Shown here piece after piece: positions 31,318-42,591 of a DNA stretch of 64,000 bases. How positions within the stretch are numbered: position 1 is the stretch's first letter; each line of letters starts with the position of its first letter. A program made the position numbers and the translations under genes. The notes beneath the pieces are model-generated. The model did not search any database. It was not told the DNA's origin and saw only the letters and a program-made list of their open reading frames with translations. The stretch covers positions 96,001 to 160,000 of the forward strand of contig CAVTHS010000011.1 of NCBI GenBank assembly GCA_963734535.1. Reading direction: 5' to 3'. Source of the DNA: an uncultured Chloroflexia bacterium. Lineage in GTDB: Bacteria > Chloroflexota > Limnocylindria > Limnocylindrales > CSP1-4.

Positions 31318-34300
31318 TCATTTGAACCTGAAGACCGCGACGTGGTCCGAACCGTCGGACAGCCTGAGGTCGAACTGGCGGCAGGTGCCCGCCCACGACT
31401 TGGACGTCTTCCAGGCATAGAGGTACTGGTTCACGGGGGCGCCCACGTAGACGAGGAAGTTGCGGGGGATCGGGATGAGCGCGGGGACGGTGTTCGTCGC
31501 GACGCCCGTCGGGCAGGCGACCGCGATCACGACCGGCGAACCGGCAGCGAGGATGCCCAGCCCGCGGTTGCCCCCGAGGGCGAACCGGATGGGGACGGCG
31601 GAGCCTGCCGTCGCGAGATTGAGCGTCGGCGGATCCTTGACCGGGATCAGGAAGCCGCTGAATGGCCACCGGATCGAGAGCGTCGCCTGCCCGTGAGCCG
31701 GCGCGTAGCCGACGTCCGAGGGGGCCAGGTTGACCGGCGCGGGTACGCCATTGAAGTACGCGTCGACGCTGTAGCTCCCGGCCGGGAGGCTTCCGAGCGT
31801 CGAGGCAGGGACGACGACCCGGCCGAGCGGGTCGGTCCTCCCGGTGACCACGCTGGTGACCCCCGTGTTCACCGCGCCGGTGCCCGTGAAGATGACGAAG
31901 ACGGACCGCTGGGCGAGGGCGGCCGGAGGCGTGCCGGCGTTCAGGGTCGCGACGACGGAGAGCGCGCCGCCGAACGCCTGGCTTCCGAGCGTGCCGGACA
32001 GGGCCAGGCTCGTGGGTTGCGCCGTGACGGACACGCTGGCCGTCGCGCCCGACGGCGCATCGGCGCCATCCCCGGCAAAGCTGGCCGTGACCTGGTACGA
32101 ACCCGGAGTGAGCGAGGCCAGGAGCGTCACGCTCGCCGTGCCGTTGGCGTCGGTGATCGCCGGCATCAGGGCGGACCCGATCCCGATCCGGACGAGCTTG
32201 CCGGCGAGCGGGTTCCCGCCCGCGGAGAGGCTGGCCGTGACCGTGACGCTGCTGCCGTAGGCGACGCTCGTGGGCGGCCCGGAAGGGAACCCGGTCACCG
32301 TGGCTGCAGGCGTCGTGGTCGTGCCCGTCGGAGCGCCCGGGATCGACCCGGGATGGTAGTAGGCACCGACGTTCGCGTCGAGCGTGACGCGGCCGTCGCC
32401 GTTCGCCGCCTGCACCATGAAGGCCACGCTGCCCGGGTCGGCGCCGGTCGGCAGCTGGGCGGTGCCGGTCCAGAGCGACGGATCGACTGCGTCCTGGGTC
32501 AGGTCGACGGAATGCCACGTGCCCTGCTGGCCGATCACCGGTGGGATCGTCCACGTCGCCCAGACGGCCTGGATCCCCGCGGTCGGGTCACCGATGGCGC
32601 GTGCCTTGAACGTGAGCACGCCCGTCCCGGCGTCGAAGCTCGTATCGACCCCGGTGATCGTCGGTGGGGAGGCAAGCGCCGCCGCGCTGAGGTCGTTGCT
32701 GTAGAAGAGCCGGAAGTCCATGTTCGAGAACTGGCGGCGCGTGCTCGTGAGGGGGTTGGTGTCCGAGACGTGCTGGACGGGCGTGACCTGCAGGCGCGTG
32801 ACCCCCGCGCCGCCGATCGCGTCGAACGAGTTGACCGACCACGGCTCGACCGGGAAGAGCACGTCCGTGAAGAACGGCGCGTGGATGCCGCGCAGTTCCG
32901 TGGCGGGAGCGGCCGTGAGCGGGGTCACGCCGCTCGTCTCCGTGTAGGTGCCCCCGCGAAAGCCGGCGCCGCGCAGGAGATAGCCGGCGCTCGGCGAGGT
33001 GACGTTGGCGCTCACGAGGGGAAGGATCGGCTGCATCGGGCGCAGCACGACGCTGCCGTCGGGTGGGGCCAGGTAGGTGGCGATCGGACCCGCCGTGAGG
33101 TCGGGGTTCGTGAGCTGGAGGCTGTTGGACGCAAGCGCCGCCGTGACGCTGGTGTCGGCCGTGGCGAGACCCAGCGCGCTGCCGGGAGTCCCGGTCGCGA
33201 CCGGAGCGATCGAGGCGATGGTGCTCGAATCGGGCGCCTGGTAGATCCGCCCCTGCGGCAGGTTGACGCCGAGCATGGGCAGCCCGAAGAGCGTCGACTC
33301 GAGGAGCGCCTTCTCGTCGAGCGCGGTCAGCGAGGGCGTGGTCGCCAGGTAGACGCGCTTGGAGCGAACCAGCGCATCGCCGACCGCGACCGGGGTCGGC
33401 TGACCCTGCGGGTCGGTGGTCACCAGGAGCTGCCGCGAGAACTCGGCGTAGATCCGCTCGCTGTAGGCGAGGAAGTCGGTGTCGCCGTACTGGTAGCCAG
33501 TCCCGGCGATGAGCGTCGCCTTCCTGCCCGCGAATGCCTGCGCCCAGTCCATCGGCTGGGTCACGTTGGGGATCGCGTCGCGGTTGACGATGTTGTAGCC
33601 GGAATGGCAGCCGGCGCTGAAGACGATCGCGTTCGTGAAGTCCGTGGCCGACGCACCGAGCTCGGTCGAGAGGACGTTCGTCGCGTAGTCGGCCGCCAGC
33701 GCGTCGTTGGCGCTGAAGTGCCCGGCCAGGAAGATGAGGTCGTGCCGCCCGGACTGCAGCAGGGCCCTGCGGAGGTCGGCGCCGGTCCACGAGTGGAGTC
33801 GGTCGGGGGTTCCGTTCACGGTCACCAGGCCGGGTGCCACGCCCTCGTTCGTGATCAGCGTCGCGTTCCCGGTGCCGCCGATGCCGGCTCGGAGGTTGGA
33901 CGCGACGGCGTCCGCGGCATCCTGGAGGAAGTCGTAGCCGGTCACGAGCGAGGTCGTCGGGGTCGCCACGACGCCGTTGGTCGAGCCCGTTGTAGGCATC
34001 GAGCATGCCGCCGATCTCGGCGGGCGTCTCGATGAGCCGGCCGACCGCGAGGTCCGGCACGGGGAACTGCGCGCCCAGCACCGAGACCTGGTCCTTGGTC
34101 CCGTAGGCGTCCTGGTTGAGGACGTAGCCGAGCCGCAGGCTCGCCTGCGACGCGCTGGCGTCGAGCACGGGCGGGGTATACAGCGTCTCGTTGCCCAGGA
34201 GCGCGGGATCCGGGTAGCGGAAGAAGGGGATCACCCCGTCGCTGCCGACGACCACCACGTACCGGACGGGATTGTCGGCGCGGTAGGCGTCGACGATCCG

Positions 34301-36279
34301 CTTGATGGCCGATGCGACAAGGTTCTTGGCGTACGGACAGCTGGCGTGCGCGTCGGCCTGGGAGTTGAGTGAGGCGACGGTCGCGTCGGCGCTCACGTCG
34401 ACGATCGCGCCGTTGACCTTCGCGCTGAACGTGGCCAGCTTGCCGGCGAGCGTGGCATCGATCGTCATCCGGTGGCTGTCCGTGAGGATGACCGTGCCGA
34501 CGCTGCCCGCCGGCGCGACGGGGCTGCTGGCCTGGTCAGAGACGCCGACGCAGGGGCTGCCCTCGCGCGTGACCGCCAGCGAGAACGCATGGGATGGATC
34601 GAACGCGCCGTTCTTGCCCTGGACGCGGACATACACGAAGCCCGTGTTGTTCCAGGTGTTGACGGAGACGCTCTCAGACGGCCAGCCCCGTCCCGGCCGA
34701 GACCGCGAGCAGGCTCGCGGTCTGGGCGCTCGTGAAGATCTTCGGGTCGTTCGGGAACGAGCCGCTCCATTGCGAGGGGCTCCACTGCGAGGGTGACCAC
34801 TGCGAGGGCGACCACTGCGACGGGCTCCACTGGGACGGACTCCACTGCGACGGCGACCACTGGGAGGGCGACCACTGCGACGGTGCCCACTGCGAGGCGC
34901 TCCACTGCGACGGCGCACCACTGCGACGGGCTCCACTGGGACGGGCTGAAGCCGGCCGTGTTCAGGGTCGGGTTCCAGTTGGTGGGATCCCACGCCGAGG
35001 GGTTGTACTGCGACGTGTTGAAGGCATCGCCGGGCGCGCTGGCGTCCTGCTTGGCGAGGTCCGTCAGCGCCAGCGATGGGCCGGTCGTGGAGGTCGCGCC
35101 GGCGGTCAACGCGTCGTAGGCGGCCCCGATGTCGCTGAAGACGATGAGGTCGTAGTCGGCGGGCAGCTGGGACAGCGTGATGTCGACGCGCCCGTTGGGC
35201 AGGATCGGCACCTTGAACCAGCGCGCCTCGCCCTGGTTCTGGAGGTAGCCGGACGCCGGTCGCCTGGCCGTTCGTGTCGAGCGAAAGCGGTGTCGCGGTC
35301 GGCCAGGAGGTGTTGTTCGGCTCGACGCGGACGCAGTTCGAGAACGCCGATGGAGAGCCGCCCGGGACGTTCGCCTGCGCGCGGACATAGGTGCCCTCGA
35401 CGAGCGTCGGGAAGTCCAGGGCGAACGCCGCGATCCCGTTCGAATTCGTGGTGATCAAGCTCGGGGTCGGGTTGAGCAGTGCCGGTTCCGGGTCGCCGCA
35501 GGTGGCGCTCGTGTAGAAGGTCAGCTGGTAGGCCGTCCCGGCCGGGACGCTGTCCTTCACAAGGCCGGCGATGCCGCCGTTCGGGACGGCGCCGAAGAGG
35601 ACCGGCGCTGGCGCCTGGGTCGCCGGTGTCACCGACACGTTGTCGAGGGCGATCCCGTATGGAGCTGCTGGCCGCGTCCGTCGACACGAACGCCAGACGC
35701 GAGGTCGTCCCGGTCGCCACGACCGTCACCTGGCCGTGCGTCCACCCCATGGTGGTCGACGAGGATCCAGAGGTGTGGTCGACATGAAGCGGCGTCGACG
35801 CTCCCCACTCGACATCCATTCCGGCTGGTCCATCGGCGCTGGGACGCTCGAAGTTGGCGGTATAGTCAAAGGAGACGAGGTACGCTTGTCCGGGGATCGT
35901 CGTGAAGACCTGGGAGATTGTCCCCGCGATCCTCTCGTTCGCGTCCGGACGCGCTGCCGTCGAGGTCGATCGACTGGGAACCCTCCGATGGCGACCAGTA
36001 CCCCTTGATGAGGTCGACCGAGCCGCTGTCGAGCGACCACCCCGTGATGCCGGGCGCCGGAGAAACGAAGGTGTCGAACGTCGAAGCGTTGACGACGGGC
36101 GGCAGCTCGAAGCCACCGTTCGTGACGAGGTTGCTCAGGGTCGGCGCGAGGCTCGTGAAGACCGAGCTACCGGTCGCGACGGAGACCGATGCGACGCCAG
36201 GGAGGCCGCTGACCGCGAGCGCAACCGCGGCTGCCAGGCCAGGCCAACGCGACGAACGCGTGCGCGAGTGCCCCCTCAC
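31318..36279 (-). CDS. Giant secreted multidomain protein (DUF642/choice-of-anchor-C-like, SPSQW repeat, C25-like peptidase, Ig-like, PxKF), broken by six +1 frameshifts
   Basis: Contiguous protein-like segments across successive frames. NGGFE..SVD..SIDLDG; VVVGSDGVIPF, DLAVGRL, LAGHFS, SAGCHSG; C-terminal FSGFLIPV..AGSAVPIRF..YAWKT. About 1650 aa if repaired. Confidence 0.75.
34767..34947 (-). repeat. Twelve tandem 15-bp units encoding (S/A)(P/A)SQW
   Basis: CCAYTGSGASG-nnnn units on the plus strand; one unit (34902-34917) is 16 bp. Confidence 0.95.
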
Positions 36280-36436
36280 CGGATCCCCCCTGATCTCGAG
36301 GCCGATGCCTCGTCCCACTCGGTCGCGGCGACCAGCGTCCCGGAACCACCCCCCGGAACTCGGCACAGTACGCAGATTCGCAACGCGCGGCAATACCCAA
36401 ATCGCAGTGGCCGCGGGCGCGTCTCAGCCGCACGTC

Positions 36437-39400
36437 TCAGAGGAAGGCGAGCGCCTCCTCGATCGCGGCCTCGAGCCCGAGCCGCCGCCCCGCGGCCCAC
36501 GGCTCGGCCGCGTCCGGGCCGAGCGCGTCGCGCGATGCACGCAGCTGGCCGTCGAGCTCCTGCTGGTCGGCCGGACCGCGCGGCGCCCCGATCTCGTCGC
36601 GGACAGCCGCGCCGGCCCCCGCCAGTCGCAGGGCAACCTCATGCTGCTCGAGCAGCGTCGCGAGCACCGCGACGTCCTCCAGCATGAACGCCAGCGCCCA
36701 CTTGTCTCCGTGCTCGCGGTAGGTCAGCAGCGCTCGCCGGAACAGGTTCCGCGTCGCCCTGTAGTCGCGTTGGGAGCGTGTCAGGAGGCCGAGGTTGTGC
36801 TCGCCGAGCGCGATCATCCACGGATCTCCCGTCTCGCGGCGCAGGCGCAGGCTCTCCTCCTGGCAGTCGCGCGCTTCGCTCACGTTCCCTTTCAACAGGA
36901 GCACGTTGCCCAGGTTCATCAGCGAGATCGCGATCGCGCCCTTGTCGCCGGCCTCGACCCGGAGGCCAAGGCCCTCCTCGTGGAGCGCCCACGATCGGTC
37001 GTAGTCCCCGTCGTATTCGGCCATGATCCCGAGGTTGGAGAGGAGCGCCCCCATGGCTGCCTTGTCCCCGAGCTCGCGACGGATCTCGAGGCTCGCCTCG
37101 AGGAGCGAGCGGGCCGTCACGAAGTCGCCGCGCGTCGCCGCCACCGTCCCCTGGACCTGGGTCACGCGGCCCAGGCCGACGCGGTCGCCGAGCAGCTCGA
37201 AGCGCTCGCGAGCCGCGGTCAGCCAGCTCGACGCCTCGTCGTATTCGCCGCGCTTCCGGGCAAGGTCGGCCAGCGCGACGTCAGTCCAGGCAGTCGCCGA
37301 CGGGTCCGCCGTGCCGTCCGCAAGCGCGAGCGCGTCCCGGTACGCGCGGCCGGCTCCGGGCCAGTCACCGGCCACCTCCAGCGCCTCGCCGAGGCGGCGC
37401 GTGACCTCCCAGCGGTCCACGCCTTCGAGGAGGGGCGCTGCGCGCTCGAAGTAGCTGATCGCGGCGGCATTCGCGTACGTCGCCTGGGCCGCCTTCCCGG
37501 CCCTCACCAGGTACTCGCGCTTCTTGGCCGGGTTGTCGCCGTGCCAGTAGTGGTGGGCCAGCAGGTCCAGGTTCCGGTCGATCGCCTCGGGCTCGCTCTC
37601 CTCCACGTGCCTGCCCACTCGTCCGTGGAGCGACGCCCGGATCTCGAACGGGAGGCTCTCATAGGCGACCTCCTGGGTGACGACGTGCTTGAACAGGTAC
37701 GAGTCGTCGGCCTCGACGTCGAGGTGGACCAGCTCGGCCTCGCGCAGGCGCACCAGGTGGTCGCGCACGTCCGCAAGATCACCGAGCTCGGGGTGGACGC
37801 TCGGCAGCCACGCGGCGCGGAACAGGCGCCCGATCACGCTCGCGACCTTGAGCGTCCGGCGCGGAGACTCCGCGAGCGCGTCGATGCGGCTCAGGATCAG
37901 GCTCTGGAGGCTGTCCGGCAGCTCGAGCGCGCCGAGCGCGACCGTGTCGCTCGGATCGATCCCCTGGGCCCGGATGTAGGTCAGCAGCTCCTCGACGTAG
38001 AACGGGTTGCCCTGCGAACGGGCCGTCACGAGCTCCACGAGCGAGTCGGCGGCATCGACGCTGCCCCCGGACTCCTGCTCGAGCTTGGCGCGGATGAGCA
38101 GCGCAGCGTCGGCGCGGTCGAGCTCCGAGAGGGCGATCTCGGAGAAGCCGGCGAGTCGCTCGATCCCGAGCGTGGCGCCGGGCAACGTGGCCGGGCGCAT
38201 GGCTACGACGAGGAGCACGTGGAGCGTGGGGCAGGCGCGGGCGAGCGCCACGAGCAGGTCCCGGGAGAGCGGGTCGAGCCAGTGGCAATCCTCGAGGACG
38301 AGCACGAGCGGGTGGCGAGCGGCTCGAGCCTGGAGGCAGGCCACGAGCAGGCTCTCGAGCGACGCCTTGCGGACCTTCGCGTCGAAGGGCCGCGTGAGAT
38401 CGTTATCGGGGATCTCGATGTCGAGGACCACGTCGAGGAGGGGCGCCCTCGCCACGAGGGATGGGTCGATCGAGGCCAGCTCCAGCTCCAGCTCGCGGAC
38501 ACGTTCGGTTGGCGGCTTCTCGAGGTGGACGTGCAGCAGCCGACGCCACACCTCCCGCCATGGGAAGTAGCTGGTGTTCGCCCCGTAGGCCTGACATTCC
38601 CCGGTGGCAACCATCACGCCGCCCCGGCGCGCATCACGGACCAGCTCCGCGACGAGGCGCGACTTGCCGAGCCCGGCCTCGGCGGTGATCGCGATGATGC
38701 GCCCGGTTCCCGCCGCCGCCTCGTCGAGCCGCGCACGGAGCGCCTCGACCTCCGAAGCGCGACCGAACATGGGGAGGCGGTACCGCGTGCGACGCGTCCT
38801 CCCCTCGCGAGCCCCCGTGAGCGAGAACGCCGTGACGGGCGCGGACTTGCCCTTCACGGACAGCGGTCCCAACGGCTCCCATGAGAACGCCTCGCCGGCC
38901 GCGTTCCGGACCGCCTCGGAGGCGTAGACGCGGCCGGCCGGCGCCGCCGACATCAGGCGGGCCGCCAGGTTGACGGCGTCGCCGAGGCACACGAACGTGC
39001 GCCGCATCGAATGGCCGTACGTGCCGCTCCGGAGCTGGCCGTGGGCGATCCCCACCTGGATCCCGGTCACAGCCGTGGCGCCCTCCAGGTCGAGGAGCGC
39101 AAGTGCCGCGGCGGCGGCCCGGGCGGCGTCGTCCTCGTGCGCGATCGGCGAGCCGAAGACGCCGTAGAGGTAGGCGCCCTTGTCCCCGAGCGTGAGCTGG
39201 AGGGCCGTGCCTCCGAACCCCCGCAGGATCCGCTGGGCGCCGCTCACGAACGCGTCGAGCTTCGCGATCGCCTCGTCATCGGCGTCATAGTCGATGCCCC
39301 CGAACCGCAGGAACAGCGGAAACGCCGCCCGCAGCTCGGCGAGGAGCTCGCCGTGACCCGCCCGCAGGCGCTCGTAGACCGCCGGAAGGATCCAGGGACG

Positions 39401-40132
39401 AACCTGCTCATCGTCGAGGCTCTCGACCATCGCGGATGCCGGGACTGCCTCGACCTCCACGCTGAGATGGCTCACGACCGCGATGGTGCGGCCCGTTGCC
39501 TCGTCCTGCCGTTCGGCGGCGATCTCGGCGCGGGCGCCGAGCGAGGCGCGCGCCGCCGGATCGAGCACGACCTCGCCCGGTTGGGCATGCTCCTCGGCCT
39601 GGGCAAGGTCGTCGATAAGCCGACCCGCGAGCACCTCGATGAGCTGGATCTCCGGATCGCCCACCAGGAAGCGTCGCGCCGGCCCGACGGCGACGGCCAC
39701 CTTCATCGCCAGGCGGATGCTGGCGCCGGACGGCGTCACGATCTCGCCGACTCGGTCGAGGGCGCGGTGCATGGCGAACCCGGCAGCAACAGCGCGGACG
39801 CCGTCGTCGCCGTCGATCCAGCACGTGATCGCATCCCCGCTGAAGTAGATGACATCACCGCCGAAGCGATCGAGCTCATCGATCACGGCGTGGAAGACGC
39901 GGTTGAGGTGCCCGGTCAGCTCCTCGGCCCCGCGTCGCCGCCCGTGCTCGCGCGCGAGCTGCTCGGTGAGCCGCGTGAAACCGGAGATGTCGGCGAAGAT
40001 CGCGGCGCCCCGAACACGGTCGGGAAGGTCTCGTGCCGCGACGAGCGCCCGGCGGCGGTCTCCGGGCAGGTATGCCTCCGGCCGCTCGTGGACGGCTGCG
40101 TGGGTGGCCTCGACGATCGGGACGATCGACAC
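36437..40132 (-). CDS. Class III adenylate/guanylate cyclase (tandem domains, sAC-like) with STAND AAA ATPase and TPR repeats
   Basis: FADISGFT, FSGDA, GDKG, GDAVNLAARLM; Walker A AEAGLGKS; LEDCHWLD; GNPFYVEE; C-terminal SNLG/MNLG/HNLG TPRs. Confidence 0.92.
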   Translation of the reverse strand: MSIVPIVEATHAAVHERPEAYLPGDRRRALVAARDLPDRVRGAAIFADISGFTRLTEQLAREHGRRRGAEELTGHLNRVFHAVIDELDRFGGDVIYFSGDAITCWIDGDDGVRAVAAGFAMHRALDRVGEIVTPSGASIRLAMKVAVAVGPARRFLVGDPEIQLIEVLAGRLIDDLAQAEEHAQPGEVVLDPAARASLGARAEIAAERQDEATGRTIAVVSHLSVEVEAVPASAMVESLDDEQVRPWILPAVYERLRAGHGELLAELRAAFPLFLRFGGIDYDADDEAIAKLDAFVSGAQRILRGFGGTALQLTLGDKGAYLYGVFGSPIAHEDDAARAAAAALALLDLEGATAVTGIQVGIAHGQLRSGTYGHSMRRTFVCLGDAVNLAARLMSAAPAGRVYASEAVRNAAGEAFSWEPLGPLSVKGKSAPVTAFSLTGAREGRTRRTRYRLPMFGRASEVEALRARLDEAAAGTGRIIAITAEAGLGKSRLVAELVRDARRGGVMVATGECQAYGANTSYFPWREVWRRLLHVHLEKPPTERVRELELELASIDPSLVARAPLLDVVLDIEIPDNDLTRPFDAKVRKASLESLLVACLQARAARHPLVLVLEDCHWLDPLSRDLLVALARACPTLHVLLVVAMRPATLPGATLGIERLAGFSEIALSELDRADAALLIRAKLEQESGGSVDAADSLVELVTARSQGNPFYVEELLTYIRAQGIDPSDTVALGALELPDSLQSLILSRIDALAESPRRTLKVASVIGRLFRAAWLPSVHPELGDLADVRDHLVRLREAELVHLDVEADDSYLFKHVVTQEVAYESLPFEIRASLHGRVGRHVEESEPEAIDRNLDLLAHHYWHGDNPAKKREYLVRAGKAAQATYANAAAISYFERAAPLLEGVDRWEVTRRLGEALEVAGDWPGAGRAYRDALALADGTADPSATAWTDVALADLARKRGEYDEASSWLTAARERFELLGDRVGLGRVTQVQGTVAATRGDFVTARSLLEASLEIRRELGDKAAMGALLSNLGIMAEYDGDYDRSWALHEEGLGLRVEAGDKGAIAISLMNLGNVLLLKGNVSEARDCQEESLRLRRETGDPWMIALGEHNLGLLTRSQRDYRATRNLFRRALLTYREHGDKWALAFMLEDVAVLATLLEQHEVALRLAGAGAAVRDEIGAPRGPADQQELDGQLRASRDALGPDAAEPWAAGRRLGLEAAIEEALAFL

Positions 40133-40141
40133 GGGTGCGCC

Positions 40142-40849
40142 CTATGCCCGGCCGATCATCACGAGCTGGGTCGCGCCGCGTACCCCGACCGCGTGAAGCC
40201 GCGCGCGCAGGCCCTCGCCGCGTGCCTGGAGGTCCGGGTGTCCTTCGGCAAGCTCGATGTGCCGGTCGATCGCGGCCTCGAGGTCGGCGACAATCCCCGG
40301 GTCATGGGGATCCTCGTCCGGGTCGGCGAGATCGACCGCGCGCAGGTCCGCGAGGCCCAGGCGCCCGACGATGTCGACGATCTGCGCCCGCTCGTACGTC
40401 TCCCGGTGCATCTCGCCGCGGATCCGGTTCACGCTCGCCCACCAGTGGTGCAGGAGGACGTGCGTCGTCTGGGCCTCGGACTGGCCGTCCTGGTACATCT
40501 CGTTGACGACGAGGTGGCCTCCCCGACGAAGGACGCGCAGCATCTCCGTGAGCACGGGGTCCGGGTTCGCGAAATGGTGGAGCGAGTTGGAGATACAGGC
40601 GGTGTCGAAGGAGCGATCCGGGAAGCGGAGGTGGTGGGCGTCCATCTGCTCGAACCGGATGTCGGCCGTCTCGCCGAACGTGGTCCTGAAGGCCGCTCCG
40701 CGCTCCCCGTTCGCGTCGATCCCGACGATCTCCGCGTGATCCCGAAGGCCCTCGAGCAGGAAGCGGACGAAGCCGCCCGTCCCGGTCGCGACGTCGAGCA
40801 CGCGCCCGCCGGAGATCTCGCCGAGGACTCGCCTCGGGTCAATCGGCAT
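40142..40849 (-). CDS. Class I SAM-dependent methyltransferase
   Basis: VLDVATGTG, FD...NSLHH, RVLRRGG. Confidence 0.88.
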   Translation of the reverse strand: MPIDPRRVLGEISGGRVLDVATGTGGFVRFLLEGLRDHAEIVGIDANGERGAAFRTTFGETADIRFEQMDAHHLRFPDRSFDTACISNSLHHFANPDPVLTEMLRVLRRGGHLVVNEMYQDGQSEAQTTHVLLHHWWASVNRIRGEMHRETYERAQIVDIVGRLGLADLRAVDLADPDEDPHDPGIVADLEAAIDRHIELAEGHPDLQARGEGLRARLHAVGVRGATQLVMIGRA

Positions 40850-40867
40850 GGAGGACCGCCCTGCGAC

Positions 40868-42071
40868 TCACGGCAGGAACTCGTCGAGCGGGGCCGCGCC
40901 GCAGGCCGCGCCGAGGCAGGGGAGCCCGAAGATGTCCTCGATCGTCCGGAGCAGCCCGTAGTGGTCGTGGAACGTCGAGGACGTGACGCCCGCCAGCCCC
41001 TGGCGGGCCACCATCGTGAAGATGCGGCCCCCGCCGTTCACGTTCGTGCCGCCCTCGTCGAACGAGACGACGAGCAGCGTGTGCGCCCACTCCGGTCCCG
41101 TCAGCACGCCGCGCACGAACGCCCGCAGGAACGCATCTCCCTGCGCCGCCGGGCAGTCGTGCATGTCGTTGCACAGGTTCGGGACCACGAAGGCGACGTT
41201 CACGCCTGGATCGAACCGCGCGAGCGGCTGGATGTTCGCGCACTGGCTGCTCCCGGACACGGAGGTGAAGCTCATCGCGGGGTTGTGCTTGCGCGCGTAG
41301 GTCCCCGCGACCCCCGGGCCGTCCACGCCCCCGGTGTACGCGGCGGCCCGGTTGCAGCCCGAGGCGGGGTAGTCCTGGGCGTACACCCGCCACGACCGGC
41401 CGGCGGCCGCCAGCTGGCTTGACAGGCTCGGGCCGGAGAGGTCGTGGATCGCGTCGTCCGTGATGCCGTGCGTCGAGCCGGACCAGAAGGCGAGGTAGTT
41501 CGGCAGCGACGGGTGGGTGACGGCGTAGAACGCATCCGCCCGCCCGTAGGTCTGCGAGAGGCCGTAGAGGTACGGCATCGTGGAGGCCGTCACGGCAGAG
41601 GCCTCCCGGTTCTCCATCCAGATGACGATCACGTGGGAGATCACCGACGCGGCAGGGCTCGTGGGCGCAGCGGTGGGCGTCGGCGCCGGCCGGGCCGACG
41701 GGGCGGGCGTGGGCGTCGGTCGGGCGGAAGGTGCCGGCGTCGCGGACGGCCTGGCGGCCGGCGTGGGCGATGGCCGGACGGACGGTGCCGACGACGACCC
41801 CGCGGCCGGCGTCACCGATGGCCGGGCGGATGGCGCGGACGACGGACCGCTCGAGGGGCGACTGGGTGCCGAGCTTCGCGACGGGTTGGAGGCGCTCGCC
41901 GACGGCGTGTCGGTGGCCATCGGCGGCCGCGCTCGCCGAGGCGGCCGGGCTCGCGGACGCGGCGACGCCCGTGGGGGCCGGGCTCACCGGCGCGGGCGTT
42001 GCCTGGCACGCGGCGAGCATGGCCGCCAGCCCGAACGTCGCGACCGCGCGACGGGGCGTCATCCCCGGCAC
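40868..42071 (-). CDS. Phosphoesterase-family lipoprotein (acid phosphatase/PLC-like), apparent +1 frameshift near 41925
   Basis: Lipobox MLAAC in one frame; HVIVIWMEN, HPSLPNY, RKHNP, NDMHD and DHYGLLRTIE in the next. Confidence 0.82.
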
Positions 42072-42090
42072 CCCATGCCGCGCGACCGGC

Positions 42091-42591
42091 CTATTCGCCC
42101 ATCACCACGAAGTGCACGCTCCGATCGCGCGCCCGGACCCCGTCGAAATCGACGAAGTAGATGCGACCGAACTCGCCCAGCTCGAGCTTCCCGTCGACGA
42201 CCGGGATGGTCTCCGAACGGCCGATCAGGCCGGACCGGATGTGCGCGTCGGTGTTCAGGCTCCAGGCGGCCTCCTCTCCCAGGTCATCCACCGCGTGATG
42301 GATGTGCCTGGGTCCCGGATGCAGGTACTGGCCCTCGTGGCGGCAGGTCGGCACGACCGCCTCCAGGCGGTCGAGCATGTCCTGGAGCAGGTGTTCGGTG
42401 CCGTCGAACAGGCGGTCGTGCGACTCCTCCTGGATCATCACGCTGCACGTCGTGTGCTTCGAGTAGACCGTCAGGGTACCCATGCGGACCCCCGACCGGG
42501 ATACCGCCGCCTCGGCCTCCGCGGTGACGTCGTGAAACATCGGCTTGCGCAGGGGGCTGTGCAGGTCGACGGTCGCGCTATGGACGGTCAT
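42091..42591 (-). CDS. YjbQ/UPF0047 family protein
   Basis: HTTCS..IQE, DAHIRS, LGEFGRIYFVDFDG..RDR. Confidence 0.88.
   Translation of the reverse strand: MTVHSATVDLHSPLRKPMFHDVTAEAEAAVSRSGVRMGTLTVYSKHTTCSVMIQEESHDRLFDGTEHLLQDMLDRLEAVVPTCRHEGQYLHPGPRHIHHAVDDLGEEAAWSLNTDAHIRSGLIGRSETIPVVDGKLELGEFGRIYFVDFDGVRARDRSVHFVVMGE

Noticed and set aside
34767-34947. Possible CRISPR array or DNA-level repeat
   Set aside because: 15-bp contiguous units with no spacers, codon-type variation and no cas genes; it is a coding repeat.
34732-35454. Plus-strand ORF with (HC[E/D]Gx)n metal-binding-like repeat
   Set aside because: Antisense shadow of SPSQW; the variation is synonymous on the minus strand, not the plus strand.
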